This document shows positions 21,316 through 34,896 of a DNA stretch of 64,000 nucleotides, one piece after another. Within the stretch, counting starts at the first letter, position 1. Each line of letters begins with the position of its first letter. The DNA is from Laetmonice hystrix. Lineage: Eukaryota. The notes under the pieces were generated by a model, which did not search any database, was not told where the DNA came from, and saw nothing but the letters and a program-made list of their open reading frames with translations. A program made the position numbers and the translations under genes. The stretch lies in assembly GCA_965235115.1 (NCBI GenBank), contig OZ249436.1:18664001-18728000 (forward strand), read 5' to 3'.

Positions 21316-21676
21316 GAAGTTTGGGTGCCAAGAATTCCAGGTTACAGATAAATGTGGGTCTGACGTTCGGATCCGTCAACACCAAGGCCGTGACAAAGTA
21401 GGGAATCCCAACGCCATCTGGTGGAAAGTGTAGGAGCTAGAGCCATGTCCCTTCATGAATGCCCCGTGTCCCGCCATGCCCCGCTTTCCTACCTCACCTG
21501 ACTGTATTTTTCTTTTGAAATGCACGGGCATCAGGGGTAACCCAATTACTTTGACAATGTCCCTAAAGAGAAAAGTTGTATAGTCCTCTACAGGAATCGA
21601 ACCCCGGCCCCCAAGATTACTGCACCCATTCGCATAGCATTTGTTGTCGACACCCATGCCCACTCGGCCACCGCCA
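21316..21676 (-). mobile_element. tRNA-derived SINE
   Basis: Minus-strand A box ggtggccgagtgg (21660-21672) and B box ggttcgattcc (21593-21603), followed by an unrelated body; the 3' limit is approximate. Confidence 0.55.
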
Positions 21677-22068
21677 CTCCCCCGTGATTTGGACCCTATG
21701 TAGGTAGGCCTACCCCACCTGACTGTAGTGATTAGGAGGGGCGCCGCTGCTTATTTCAAAGTGGGGGGGGGGGCACCCTTGGTGTGTTTGACCTTTCCCC
21801 CCAGATTTAGCCTGTGTCGGCCTAGAATTGCAAAATAACAGTGTAGATCTATACACCCCCACCCCACCCCCGGGCAGATCCAGGATTTTTTTGCACGGGG
21901 GGGGGGGGGGGTTAGAAGGTTCCCCCGCCGATGGGGGGTGTACAACCCGGAAAATTAACGCAATATGTAAAAATATTTGCCCGTATATGTAAAACCCCCA
22001 CAATGTGTAAAAATTCTGCCCGTATACGGTTTTATTAATTTATAATAAGCTTAGAAACCTAGTTAAAA

Positions 22069-23401
22069 GGGTCATTCTCCTGAAAACGTATAGGCTAAAA
22101 CCCGAAACGAAAAACCAACTAAAAAAAATCTATTCCAATCAAATTCGTTTTTATTATCTGAAACATACATTATATGAACATTTTAAAATGATATATACTT
22201 GAGCTCCCACCTTCATACAACCCTGAAATTTTTTGAGGAAATGTTCCTAACCCATGACCTTTTTGTCAGTGGTGTGACCCCCACAAATCTTGGTGCATAC
22301 TGACTGCAAAGATGTTGAATTCTAATAGTGAGTTGTTAAATATTTTCCACTTAGGTCACCTGGACAGGAAATATATAGCTATATTTCCTGTAGTTGAAAA
22401 AAGTGATCTTATGGCAGTGATTTCATCACTGGTCACACCACTGACAAATTACATAAACACCACTGACGGCAAGTAACACCACTGACTTAAATTGACTTAA
22501 ACATCACAGACAGCATGCGTCGTGCGTCATGCGGTGTGTTTCCAGCTTAACATCTAGTATTGAACCATCCAAAAGAACTTAACATGCTGTAGAAACCTTG
22601 ACTGTTATCAAAATGTCAGTGGTGTTACCAGCAGGTGTCACACCACTGACGCGTATAACACCACTGACATTTTATGTTAAAATAATGACTGCTCCCGACC
22701 TTTGACCATGTCATCAAGGTTAATTGTGTTTTGACACAGGACAGGGCTACACTTAATCTGCACATGTAATTTCTTAAGAATGTCTGGTATAATAAGGGTG
22801 ATATTAAGGTAACACTACTGACACCTAATTAAAATACTCAAGAGACTTGACCAATATAATTCCATTTTTTTTAAAAACCTGTAAAACTTCGCTAAATGTT
22901 TCACGTGTGTCTGTGGCCAGGAAGTCATACTGCCCTCTGATGTTGAAAAATGGAACTTCAGGGATCAGTCATTATCTCAAATGTGAAATCTGGTGTCTGG
23001 TAACACCACTGACAAAAAAATGCTGTAACGGCCGTTGTAGTGTAATTTTTCCGAGAATAACGTGTGTGATCAATATTTTTCTTGTATAAATTAATTAAAG
23101 GCATCATTCTTTTATATAAATAGCAGTAACTTCAAGCACATTTAATTATTAATGTGCTTGAAGGAAGAAACAACATTGGAGACTCCCATCAGTGACAAGC
23201 GATTTTGCTAATTTTTTGATTCCTCAGTGGCTGTAAAAAATTAGATTACCACATAATATACTATAAATAGAGTGTTATTTACAAGAAAGACATTAATTAA
23301 TCATATTAGATTCGAAATTAGTGGTCTTGGTTATTTTCTCCAGAAATATTCTGATATAAATAGCAGTGACGTCACTTTATACGTTTTCAGGAGAATGACC
23401 C
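22069..23401. mobile_element. Non-autonomous DNA transposon, Sola2-like
   Basis: Perfect 24-bp TIRs gggtcattctcctgaaaacgtata / tatacgttttcaggagaatgaccc; aaaa on both flanks (4-bp TSD); many internal acaccactgac motifs in both orientations. Confidence 0.8.
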
Positions 23402-24129
23402 AAAAAAGGGATTAACAAAGCCAGAGGACCAAACTAATGGTCAATCCATTGACGATATGTATTATACACTGCTGATCACATTAATAACTTCTTCAGTGAG
23501 GTAGGCCCACAACTGGCTCAACAACAGCCAGTAACTGGCAGAATACGTTTAACTACGCAAACTCGACCTTTAACTTTAACTTTTGCATTTTTTAAATTTT
23601 TTAATTAAAAAAATGCAAAAACGCATTTTTCCCCACAAAAACTGTAGTTTCACTATTGTTTCCATTTAATGTCTTGCCTTATGTCCTATAGGTCACGGCA
23701 TAACAAGTTTGAATGCTCCCTCTGCAATATCTTTGACGTTGTTAGCAATTTCATTGAATTTAAGACGAATTTCACAAAAGGAGATTTTGTTATCTAATGT
23801 TATCTAGCTCCGTATATGTTATTTGCCTGGTAGATAGTCGGATAGTCGTATTGCCGTTACCGTACGCATGTGTACACATTCACTGGATTTCATTTTGGCG
23901 ATTTTTTTGGCCGCTGCCGCATTGCCGCATTATCGTTGCCGTTGCCGCAAAAACGCTACATGTGTTCACAGCTTAAGTCGGCAACTTTGGCTGAGGCAAT
24001 TACAAATGCGGTATCTTACCAGGCTTTTGACAGAAGCCAGGTCACTCTACCGCCACCGAAACCCCAACCTGTGAGGCACGTGGCTCCTGTGACGGACACA
24101 GGCCCAAACGAACAGCAGGGCAGTCTTCA

Positions 24130-25619
24130 AAGAACTCCCCCGGTGTACATGTCTATCATGACTGGCTCGGCGATGGTGGTGCCCGGGTACGCTCGTTTTG
24201 CCAACAGCTGAAGGGCATGTCCATATTCAGCTACAGATTCGGCAGGTTTACATAATACGGTTCATACACTCTGCTGCAAATTGTGACTCACGGCCAGGAG
24301 GGATGTATTTCCTTTGCAGCGCACTTATGACACAGTCATAATCATATTGAAGATGGTTAGGCACAGTGCTCAGTACCTCACGTGCTCCCTCAATTAAGCT
24401 ACATGCCAGCTGCATTTCTTGTTCATGATAGGTCCACAGGTTTCAGTGGGCAATAGCTGAGAAATGCCCTAAATAATCCCCGAAATCGGTCTTCCCATTG
24501 TACTTCAGGGGCTCCTTCTGCTTCCGTCTGCTCAGGTTTGGGGAGAATGGTGGCTGTGGGGGTATTGGACTCAACTGGTCAGTGGCTGTAGCAGGTGGGG
24601 GCTCGCCCCAGTGTTTTTGGGCATTCCCTGCACCTGACAGGCTCATGTAGGGACTTGTCTCAAACAACTCCTGTGTGGGTGTACAATAACTGGCCTATCT
24701 CTGGGAATGTGGGCTGGGAGGTATACCCTACATGTGAGTTTGGTCTGTGGTCAGGGTACCTACTGTAACTGTCAGCCTGCCCGCTTGGGACAGTGTCATA
24801 GACCCACCTGTTAGCCTTATTCACACCCCTGTCATAGTCATATGTTGACCTGTCATTGTCAGCGTTCCAGTGGGAGGTCGGACTACCGTAATGGCTATCA
24901 ACCAGTGGTGTAGGGTTGCCAGTCTCTGGCTATCTACTTAAATCAGCTGCAATGTGCAGGTTATCCCCAGCATACCTTTCTGTCGTGGGCCTGGCTGTGG
25001 TAGGATTCACAGCTGGTGGCAGGGTGATTCCCCTCCCCAGTGTATTTATTCCGTGTGGGTGTGGCATGTGGATGGTAGCTAACGTAGGGAGATCTATCTG
25101 CCCCGTGAGAGTATGCCTGACGGTATAATGATGTGGTTGCTGTCGTTGGGTGGGGTAACTGTGGGTTCGGAGTAATGGCCTGCTTACACCCAACTCATAC
25201 CTGTCACTAGATGTGGCCATCCTTCTAACGCTACCTGTGTAACGCAGTGAGTGGGTCGATATATTGGCTAACCTGTCACCTACAGAAGGGGCATTTCCTT
25301 CACTGACCCTTACTTCTGGGAAATGGTTCCACACTGATCGGTGGTCTCTGTCATTGTCACCGTTGGCAGACCCAAAAATACCTCTAGGAGGTGTTCCCCG
25401 GGCAGAGTCAAACAATTCCTGCCTCTCCTCCCTCTGGCCATGGGGAGCCCAGTGGACCCTCACATCACTAGGGGTGCTATTGACAGGTCTGGTAATGTTT
25501 TCACCATACTGAGTAGTAGATTCTCTACTATAGTTGGGCGGCCCCTGTCGGTAGTCACGGATTCCCCGCCTGGGGAGGTTGGCTGTATAGTGTGGGTGTA
25601 CGCCACCAGTTGGCAGCAC
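24130..25619 (-). pseudogene. Decayed Gypsy/Ty3-type LTR-retrotransposon gag
   Basis: Minus strand: KQKEPLKYNGKTDFGDYLGHFSAIAH*NLWTYHEQEMQLACSLIEGAREVL...ALQRKY...MNRI/(frameshift)CKPAESVAEYGHALQLLAKRAYP. This is the capsid pattern PxxYxG..Y..HF..A..N.W..L...L.G.A ... ES...Y...L..LA..AYP, preceded by a long Pro/Thr/Arg-rich region. No pol or LTRs recognised. Confidence 0.8.
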
Positions 25620-26106
25620 TTCATCGGGGTTAGACCAGGCGAGCCGCCTGAATCGTCGGTGCTATAGCCGCCGTACTGTCAGATGTGTCCGTCTCGGAGC
25701 CCGACCACAAACTCCGCACATAAGATATTCCCCACTTCCTACCATCCATGATTACCTAGAGAACAATGAATTTTACCACTCTACCAAACTTTCTAACAAG
25801 GGTCCTGCAGCACTCAAATCAATCAATCAAAACATGGAGTGCATCCCTACATTTTCAGTGTTAACATGGATATTCGTGTTCATTAGATCCATGAGCTTCA
25901 GAAAAACATAGTTTTGTTGAGTCGTGAGGGCGGGGGGGTGGGGGGGTGCAGGGGACCATATCTGGCCCATGGCCTGCCTACTAGAGCCGTAATCGAGGTA
26001 GTAGGCCTAAATTAAGTTTGTGTCAATTCTTTTAGGTTTTCTATTTTGTGGATTATTCTTTTCATGGAATAGGCCTATCTTTAATTAGGCCCGATAGATC
26101 ATATTC

Positions 26107-26429
26107 CATAGGCGCCGGAACCGGGGGCAGGGGGACACGTCCCCCCCCCTCAGCTCAAAAGCTGGGGGCAAGCATATAGTTTTGCCCCACCCCCAGCTCA
26201 AAGGTGGCAGGAGATGGTCAGAGCGTCAGAGGGCCTAGATTTTGTTCCCATATGCCAGGAAAACGCGTAATTGGCACTTTAATTTTCAAATATTTCTAGG
26301 GGGCCCCAGACCCCCTACTCCAGGCTTCGCGCCTTCGGCGTTCGCATGACCAGCCTTTCAAATCTTGGAACTTGGGACCTATGATTTGGTCTTTGCCCCA
26401 CCTGTGAATATCTTCCGGCGCCTAGTATG
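26107..26429. mobile_element. hAT-like MITE just upstream of the prominin promoter
   Basis: Inverted ends taggcgccggaa / ttccggcgccta; G/C-run-rich body; TSD not clear. Confidence 0.55.
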
Positions 26430-26459
26430 TATTCCGATAGGTATTCCGATAGGTCGCTA

Positions 26460-26828
26460 TCCTCCCCCTCCCCCCGGCCCATGCCAAATATCATTATAGA
26501 TGATCTGTTCCCCCGCTTCACCTGAGTGATCCCCGCCTGACACACTTCCCCTGAGTCACCGGCCTCCGTGACCACGACCACAAGGGGCGGGACGTGAACC
26601 CTGGCAGCCGCTGTGACGTCACAGGCCCAGGGAGCTTGCCCAACCACTCCGCTGGCAGGCTGGCTCAGTGGTAACCGCGATGGTAGACGGAGTGGCAGCA
26701 GTCAAATGGTGCTCTACAAGAGCTCGCTGTTTTCATAGTTGATCAAGGAGCAAGGCGCACATCATCGCTTGGATTATTGATCCGAGGAAATACACAGGGG
26801 CACGTTGGATTATAGTAACAACTTCATT
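26460..26828 (+). promoter_or_regulatory. Probable GC-rich promoter/5' UTR of the prominin-like gene
   Basis: Local GC/CpG-rich island with GC box ggggcggga (~26584) and CRE tgacgtca (~26614), directly upstream of coding exon 1. Confidence 0.45.
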
Positions 26829-27105
26829 ATGAGGACTTCAACTACCATGCTTTGGACGTTAGGGCTAACATTACTCGTCCATACAGAGGTGGTACTCGGC
26901 AATAACCTCACGGCGAGCAACACGGCCACTGACGGACAGGAAGTGAAGCGGTCTCCCATAGAGGAGGGTTTAAGACCGTTTTATGATATGACAACTATTT
27001 TTCTAGGAATCGTGCAGCGTAAAAATATTGTAGATGACCCAGTGAGGTATCAGGAGTTTTTAGACATGCTCAATTCGACTCTGAATGGTGATCCAGATTC
27101 GATAG
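26829..27105 (+). CDS. PROM1: Prominin (CD133)-like protein, coding exon 1 (signal peptide and N-terminal ectodomain)
   Basis: MRTSTTMLWTLGLTLLVHTEVVLG signal peptide; GLRPFYDMTTIFLGIVQ matches the prominin N-terminal G..xxF.....FL..VQ motif; donor G|gtaag at 27106, phase 1. Confidence 0.8.
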
Positions 27106-28583
27106 GTAAGTGCAACAACTGTTTTGGTGACTGTCATGAGTTCGATAATGATAATCGCACCACTCCCATGCAATGGCCCATGGTCCGGTTTCCAGGTTTC
27201 GGCGGTTAGGCCTCTTAGACCTCCTAGGCTAATCCTCGTTTGGCCAAACGCTCTCGCCGAGGAGGGTGCGGTGCGGTAGACCTGTATAAGAGGACCGGCA
27301 ACAGATATGATCTGGCCCCTCCTTATTACTAAACTGCAGTATGCCTACCTCACTCGGTTCATCATGCTAGTGGCGTCGGTTAGCAGGGCCCCCGGTGTCG
27401 CGCACTCGGATCTCCGTCGGTCTCAGATCTCCGGGAACATGAATGGTTTCCTATTGTTTAAGCTATGTGCTGAATTTAAGCTGCCTGCTTTCACATGCAA
27501 CATGGAACAACTGAAAATAGATAGCCTACATGTATAACCGTTCACATGCCCCCAGTTTGCGACGTACGGCGATTTTCATTTCTTAGGCCTAGGGCTGTTA
27601 TTTGCAAAAACGCACGCCGCATGCTGCACACCGTATGCATGTGAACGCAGCGCGAAAGCAGCTGAGCACGAGACCGTCACTGTTTTGGCTCACACCTCTG
27701 GCTCTGCTTATGGTCGTCTGCTACCAGATGGGCGGGAAAGTTTTCTTCCAAACATGAAACGACAGTCTGGATAGGCAAATTGTAAACCAAATATCGTAGA
27801 GGAGGTTAGAGTCTAGAGCCTAGATCTACATGTGACTCAACTGGGACCTGATATTTCGGCTTGTTCGAGTAGAACACACATCCCGGAGATCTGAGACCGC
27901 AACACCTGTCACTGTGTCAGTGTCACTGTTAGGGACTGTCGGGAATGAAGTTTTAGTATGACGTTAAGTTTTGAAGACGACGCCAGCTGTGACCTAGCTT
28001 GGCTTCAAATGAGTTTGGCCCCTTGTCTGTCATCTTCATGTAGGCCTACCTAGTTGTAGGCCTACAAGACTTCCCCTAACGTAGCCACATCTACCCCTAA
28101 CGTTACCCTCCCGAGACCATCCTCCCCTAACCTAGTCCCAGGCACTATATGTCTATGTCTATGTCGCCGGCGAAGCCATACTGCCGTCGGTCCGCCCTAG
28201 ATACCCACTGCAGTGTATTCATAGTTTGTCCCACTTGCTATTCATAGCCATCCAGTTGGATGTTCGTGAGTTCCTGGTGCGTCTCTGTTTCTCACGACAC
28301 AAAACGAGGGTTATTGGTGTAGGTGCAGTCAGGCGTGGCCGCGGTGACAAAGGCAGCCTGCCAACCGTGCGCGTTCCACCCCAACGGCAACGGAATCATG
28401 AGCAACAAGGGATATGGGGGACCTGAGTGGTTGCAACACCTGTTGCCATAGTAAATGAAGCCATACTTGTATTGTAAACAGGAGCAGTAGCATTTTATGA
28501 TTTTGATTAGATCTAAGCTGTAGGCCCTACCAAGGCATCATCCGACCAGACTACTTAATTAATTTTGGTAGAGGCCTACATGA

Positions 28584-28807
28584 CAGGGCCGGAACCAAGG
28601 GGGGGGCGTACGCCCCCTATTTTTGGCAGAGTAATGATTTTTGAGACTGGAATTTTACCAGTACTTTGCCCCCAGAAAAAAAGGAACAGTTCTTTTCTCA
28701 GATGCCGGGAAAATGCATCAGACAAACATGAATTTTCAAATTTTTGGCGCTCGCTATCTTCTTCAGGGGCTACGCCCCCCTTTCTAAGAATCCTGGATCC
28801 GGCCCTG
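28584..28807. mobile_element. MITE with 5-bp TSD (hAT5-like)
   Basis: TIRs cagggccggaacca / tggatccggccctg; catga at 28579-28583 and 28808-28812. Confidence 0.8.
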
Positions 28808-29022
28808 CATGACGTGTTTCAAGCAATATGAGAATCTGGCCGCTTATCGCCCAGTCATTACAGGAATTCTCATAATACATGTTACTTCCGGAATCGGCCA
28901 GACTGGTTCTGAAATTGTTCACCACCGCTCTCATGCCAAAGAACGTCTCTGCTCCCGTCAGTCAGTTATCTTCCAGTGAGTGAATAAGTTCATTTGGGTA
29001 AGGGTTAATTGTTCCAAGCGAT

Positions 29023-29291
29023 ATGAGAATATGGCCGATTCTAGAATCGCCGGATCATTAGCCCTATGGGAATTCCCATGATGCACGTCCTTCTAATGGC
29101 CCACCAGGCATTAATAGAATACCTGCCTATAAATTTGTATAAGGCATGATTCCAAAACCGGCAATGATTCTTATAACGTTCATGATCATATTCTGGAATT
29201 GACCCGTCCTTTATCGCAATTCTGAAAGTGGCGGTCACTATGGGAATTCCCATAATGTCTGGGGCAATTCTAGAATCAGCCAGATTCTCAT
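29023..29291. mobile_element. Palindromic MITE-like element, with a related partial copy at ~28820-28900
   Basis: Inverted ends atgagaatatggccgattctagaatcgcc / ggcaattctagaatcagccagattctcat; internal palindrome atgggaattcccat twice. Confidence 0.6.
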
Positions 29292-31939
29292 TTAGTCGTG
29301 CTCGAACTGGTCTGCGCTTGAAACGTTCATACACTCAGAAAAGTGTCTGACTTTTTGATAGCCTACTTAGGCCTACTCATCTTTGGATTACCATATTCTT
29401 GTTGTATGATGGTGTTGCAAAATGGTGGCCAATATGCATTGCAATTTAATTTCAATTCAGGTCCAAAATGGCGATATGGTGGCCATATTTCTGTCTTGAC
29501 GTTTCTTGGTTTATATCTTGAAAATGCTGAGAGATAAGCACATAGTTACTATTTAACATGGATAGTAAATCATTTATGAAGTTTTATTTGGCACTATTTT
29601 CTTTTACCTCAAGTGAAGGTCAAAGGTCATTCAAGGTCGCACATTTTTTCAATGTCTTAGGCCTATATATTTCCATAAGATCGTTTCGTTAGATCAAAAT
29701 CAACAAAGGTGGCTTTTCCACAGAGTGTTGATTGTTTCTAGATAGTTTAGACACATTTGCACTACTGTAGAGATTTATATTAAGCAGTGATTTCCACGAG
29801 ATTCAGAAAATTTTTCACCGCTCCTTTTCTCAAAGGGCCTGCCCACTGAAGTGGTCAGTGTGTTTACTGACGTGATACCTAGACTGAATACTACCATTTC
29901 TACCAGTAAATTCTATACCTACCATGATCAAAAAAACCATGACCAATCTTAACAATCAGTCACCTACCACATAAACTTCTCATGTCGGGAAATTAGATAC
30001 AGGGATCCATCGTGTTCACGACTGCTTCATCTAGCTACGCCTCGAGCTAGCCTAGACTAGAGGCTATACAAGATTCTGAAATCAGCCTCGTGTAGTTTCC
30101 GCTTTGCTATCATATGATGTCACCCCTCCAGTCTGTTATATTAAACTTGCGTAAAGCATGCGTAAGAGCCTATTTGGTAAAAACACTTGATGGCAGTGAA
30201 AAAGAAATATATACTAGTCAATATTACTTTTTCCGTGCAATATTAGTTTTTATTTTATGGCTGCCGCACTTTCCCTGTCCTGATTGGTCAGTTCCCTGTC
30301 ACGTGACTACAGATAAAAACCTTTCCTTGCGAATCGTCTTTTACCCAGTTTGTTTTGGTTTTCTGGTCATTAGTTGCAGGAAAACGATATTTGTACCTAA
30401 TTTAGGGTATAAGAGGAATATCGTTTGGGTGTAAGATGAATTATCTGTGATATGCTGGCCAACAACCAGATGGTCATATAAGAGGTAGAGGTATTTTTCA
30501 ATACTTTTTGCACATTATTGTGTTGAACCCTCCCTTTAAAAATGGTAAATATATTCTAACGTATCCTGAACAATTCCTGGTACCACAGGTGATACGGGCT
30601 GAAGGTGGGGGAGGGGGTTGACACAAGTTTGCGCACCTGTCGTCTGGGTGTGTCCCTTGAATTCTTTGCTGATCGGAGACAGTGACGCCTGGCAGTGATG
30701 TTGATGCTGCTGAAACATTGGTCTTCATGATGTCGTACAATGATATTGCTCTTAAGATGGGATTTTTCCGTCGCCATGTGTTTGGTCCATGGTTAAGAGA
30801 GAAATTAGCTCAATTAAACTCAAAATTTACCAAGTGATGGCCTTTCAGGCAGTTTATAAGGTTCATGATTGATACAAGTTGAAGCATATCAGGCCTGTTA
30901 AAGATTCACAGATTTAGAGTGTGACAGTTCGAGAGCGGCAGAGTGAGTGATGTGTACCAGATTGTCTGTCTGTGTAAGGTGTGTCTCAATAATAAGGGAT
31001 GATGATTATCAGGCATGGGGCCAATGGGGCCGATTACGATTGTAATCGTAAATTTACCCGCGCTCAGAAACATGCAAATGCAAGTCTTTTTTGTTCTCTA
31101 TAATTATTTCTGTATTTGATAGTCTGATTAGGTCAGTTCTGCTGTATTGGCAGAATTAGTATGAGAACATGGTTTCCCACTTGCCAGTGTGACACATCAT
31201 TAAAAATTGTTAATGTAAAATGTGATGCCATACCGACTATTTCCACCCCATGGAAGTCTAGGTTTACATTTCCAAACCAAAGCATAAAGATTAAAGAAGT
31301 TTTTGATATTGACTAGAGATGTTAGGAGAGGCAAGTTATTTAATGGTGCACCCAGTCATAGACAAAATTACGTAAATATGATGGGGTTTTTAATGGCATT
31401 ACCAATTTGGGCCATTTTGTTAGAAGGAGAGAAACGATTTCCCTCTCTATAAACTCTCTATAAACAAAGAAATGCAACTAGAAACTCTGATTGCCAAGCA
31501 ATACAGGTAGGATCCCATTTCCCCAATGCTTTTCTATCATTACCGACATTTTTCTCTCCTTTAATTTGACTGTCCTGTGATTCCGCCAACTGTTCCACAG
31601 GTATACTTGACACTGCCATGCCGACATTACCTCTGGAGGTTATTTTCATTTACATGGAATTTACTAAGTACCCCTTTGACAATTATGAAATAGTATAGTC
31701 CTTAAACCTGTTATCGGCATCATGAACAATTGACACGGATATCAAAAAGTGCCCTGCCAGGCCAGTGTCACACAAGGCCAATGGGTGTGAATTTCATCCA
31801 CACCAGGCTTTTGACTCAGGCTGAAACGAAGTGCAACTGACGAAATGTTTGGCATGTCACCTTAATTCCACGGCCAACAATCAAAGTATTCTTTTATTCA
31901 GCTCTCCCCCCATGTAAGATTCAAAAACATACATTAGAC

Positions 31940-32095
31940 TCCAACCCCACCCTGACTGGGAGGAAAGGGGGAGTATCCAAAAACATGTATTAGACAGTTA
32001 CACCTACAGTTTAGAGGCACAGCTAATTCAGTAATGTCAGTTTGGAATACACATATTCCTCCAACCCCACCCTGACTGGGAGGAAGAGGGGAGTA
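31940..32095. repeat. ~37-bp direct repeat, two copies
   Basis: ctccaaccccaccctgactgggaggaa.ggggagta at about 31940 and 32059. Confidence 0.7.
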
Positions 32096-32439
32096 GTCAC
32101 GACCAACCGGCGGGCCCTTATCACCATCCCTTACGTAACTCTGCCGACGGCCGCGTCACAGTAGGAGATCTGTGTATTCAGAGATGCCAACCGTCAGAGT
32201 GCAAAAATATTATTGTGAAGACTATACTTTGTAATTGTTGTATTTGTATATGGCTATCTTAAAACTGTTTCAAGATAGAGCCCATCAAAATCAAATTACA
32301 TATTTCATCATCAATACAAAATCATTGATAAATTTATGAAAAAATCTATGCAAAGTTACCAATCGTTAATAGCAGCACAAATCTGGTGAACAAATACACA
32401 ATTCCTATCTGACTGAAGCAATTTTAGGAAAAAAATGTC

Positions 32440-33008
32440 AAAAGTGACAAATTTTAAAGTCACGTGACTTTCTTAATATAAGTCAAATTCCTTATTTCTA
32501 AAGGCCCCCATAAAGAGCCACCTTATGAGACTCTTCAGACACACTTTGCCTACATATTGCCAAATATCTAGGGAGGAGATGCAATTTAAGCTGTTTAACA
32601 TCTTTGACCTAGATCTCACAAAGGTCAAAGGTCAGAGGTCAAATTCAGGTGCATGACGATTAATGCCTAAGTGCCTAATTAGGAACTATCATGGAGATTG
32701 CTCCTACTTTTCCAGAAATTCAAGAAATGAGCCCTCCTTTGAGAAACTTTAACACATCATAAGTCATTGACGTGATGTTATATGACGTAATCAGTCAAAA
32801 GCTTATCATTTTAGTGGATGATCAATGTTCCCTACAAGCTTCATGACGATACCTCCATAGATAACCGAGATACAGCCATAGTCTTACTACGCCAATAATC
32901 AGAAGAAGAAGAAGAAGAAGAAGAAGAAGAAGAAGAATAGTGTAGACGAAACCCAGTAATTTCTAAATCCCATTTCCTCCTTTGGGGGGGGGGGGGATGG
33001 GATAATAA
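32440..33008 (-). mobile_element. HINE-family copy retaining its 5' terminus
   Basis: Minus strand starts TTATTATCCCATCCCC (reverse complement of the 3' subTIR GGGGATGGGAT), then a partial inverted copy, a (CTT)n microsatellite (32902-32937) and a body homologous to 19700-19910. Confidence 0.75.
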
Positions 33009-34864
33009 GCCTCCCAAGTACATGACTATTTCTTGCAAAAAGACGTACCGTTAAAGGGGCTCATTTCAATGTACGAAATGTACCGAATTCAGACATTTAT
33101 TAACCTTGCATGTGTCCCAGGGTGGTAAATAAGTACTTACATTGACAAATTTGTGACATCCGACTTAAATCAATTGGCATGCAGTGAGTCTAAATCTATA
33201 GGACCATAGCTAATTAGGTTCACGCGCCTCCCCAATCCAACAGTGATCTGCAAAAACCTAGCAAGTCCACTTTGCCTCATTTTGAGAAAACTGGGACAAA
33301 CAAACCATTCCTCCCATTGAGGTGCATGCAAACGCTATGTTTTTCCAGGTCAATAACTATGAATTGTGTATAGTTCTGATCTCTTGTATAGGACTATATG
33401 AAAGGGCAAAACCTAGTAAGTCCAAAAATGAGACTAACTCAAATTGGACAAAAACTCGACTTACTAGGTCTTTCCAAATCACTGTAGAATCCTCAAATCA
33501 ACACTTTCACAAGGCGTATGTAGGTCAGGGCAGTCGCAGCCCCTCTTGAGTGACAGCGTCAAGGTCTGGCACAGCCCTGTATAAATACATCAGTGGCAAA
33601 TAGACTTAAAGCCAACGGAGGCATCGATCGACAAGATTGACAGGATGCCGTGTGCCTGTGTGCCGTGTGTCTGTCAACAGAAAAGTCTGTGTCAACGGCA
33701 TTCAAATTATCCTTTTTGGCATTGATTTTAGATACCCCTTATAAATGCTTTTTTCAGCTATCTCTAAGACCTTGGATTTTGTTCCCAGATGCCAGGAAAA
33801 CATGTATTTGGCACTTTAATTTTTTGGGGGGAGAGGGCCCCCAGACCTTCGCGCTTGCATAGGGGGCACGCCCCCTTTCCTCAATTCCTGGATCCGCCAC
33901 TGAATAACTTGCAGCACCAAGAAAAATTTGGTATGAAAATTCAGCTCCAACATTATAGAGGTTTGGACAGGTCTGACATGACCGAAACAAACACCTGGTC
34001 AGGTAAGTCGCCAACCACAACGGGTCAGGAACCATGAAGTGCTAAATATATATATTCCATATCATCCATAATACTGTTTGTGTATCGCTTTCCTTCTGCC
34101 TATAGATCTATATTTAAGACCTTAGGTCCATTATCCCCCACTCCAGCCACACCGTCTCAATTCCCAATTCAGGTAAGATTACTAGGAACACAACGAGAAG
34201 TAAGTTATACGTACACGGAGCCTGTGCCCCAGACCCTGACATCCATAGCCAGGGTCGCCACACTATCTTTAATCCACCAGTTTTGCTTTGGGCTACCAGA
34301 ATTTTGGGCTAGTGGACACACGGTTTGGGCTATATGTTCTTCTCCTGCTTAGCCCCGGGCTACCAGTTACTGGAAAAAATTCAACACCACTGGTATTTGA
34401 GGAATTCTTGCTGTCACTTTAAGAGCAGAAATAAGTAGTGCTGTGCACCCCCCCCCCTTTTCTAGTGAAGGGAGATAATGGTTTACTGATGACCTGAAAT
34501 GGCAGTGGAAGGAACTATCATTATATTCCAAATGGTAACCGGCAGCATCCTAAATATGTCACTGTTTCATGGTAGCACAGTAGTTTGAAGTTGGTGAAGT
34601 ACTCAAGTTTATCCCAGGCCAGATGAGCCGGACAGTGTTCATGGCGTTACCGACCTGGCCTATTATAATTGCCAGGCACCCAAGCATTAGTGACATAGTC
34701 CAGTTTGAAGGAACCAGCAAGTACAGCTAATCCTACATTGGTATCATCATGTAGCATTCATTAAGTGACAGGGTTCATGAAAACATTCTATGGAGAAAGG
34801 CTGTGTGCGACAACTGAACGTGCGACTTTTTATTCTTATACGTGTTGTGTGGTTTTTTTTACAG

Positions 34865-34896
34865 ATGTGGATGACTTAACAGAGAATTGGGAATAT
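34865..34896 (+). CDS. PROM1: Prominin-like exon 2 (32-bp micro-exon, DVDDLTENWEY)
   Basis: Acceptor ttttttttacag| and donor |gtaagt; converts phase 1 to phase 0, which is needed to join exons 1 and 3. Confidence 0.75.
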
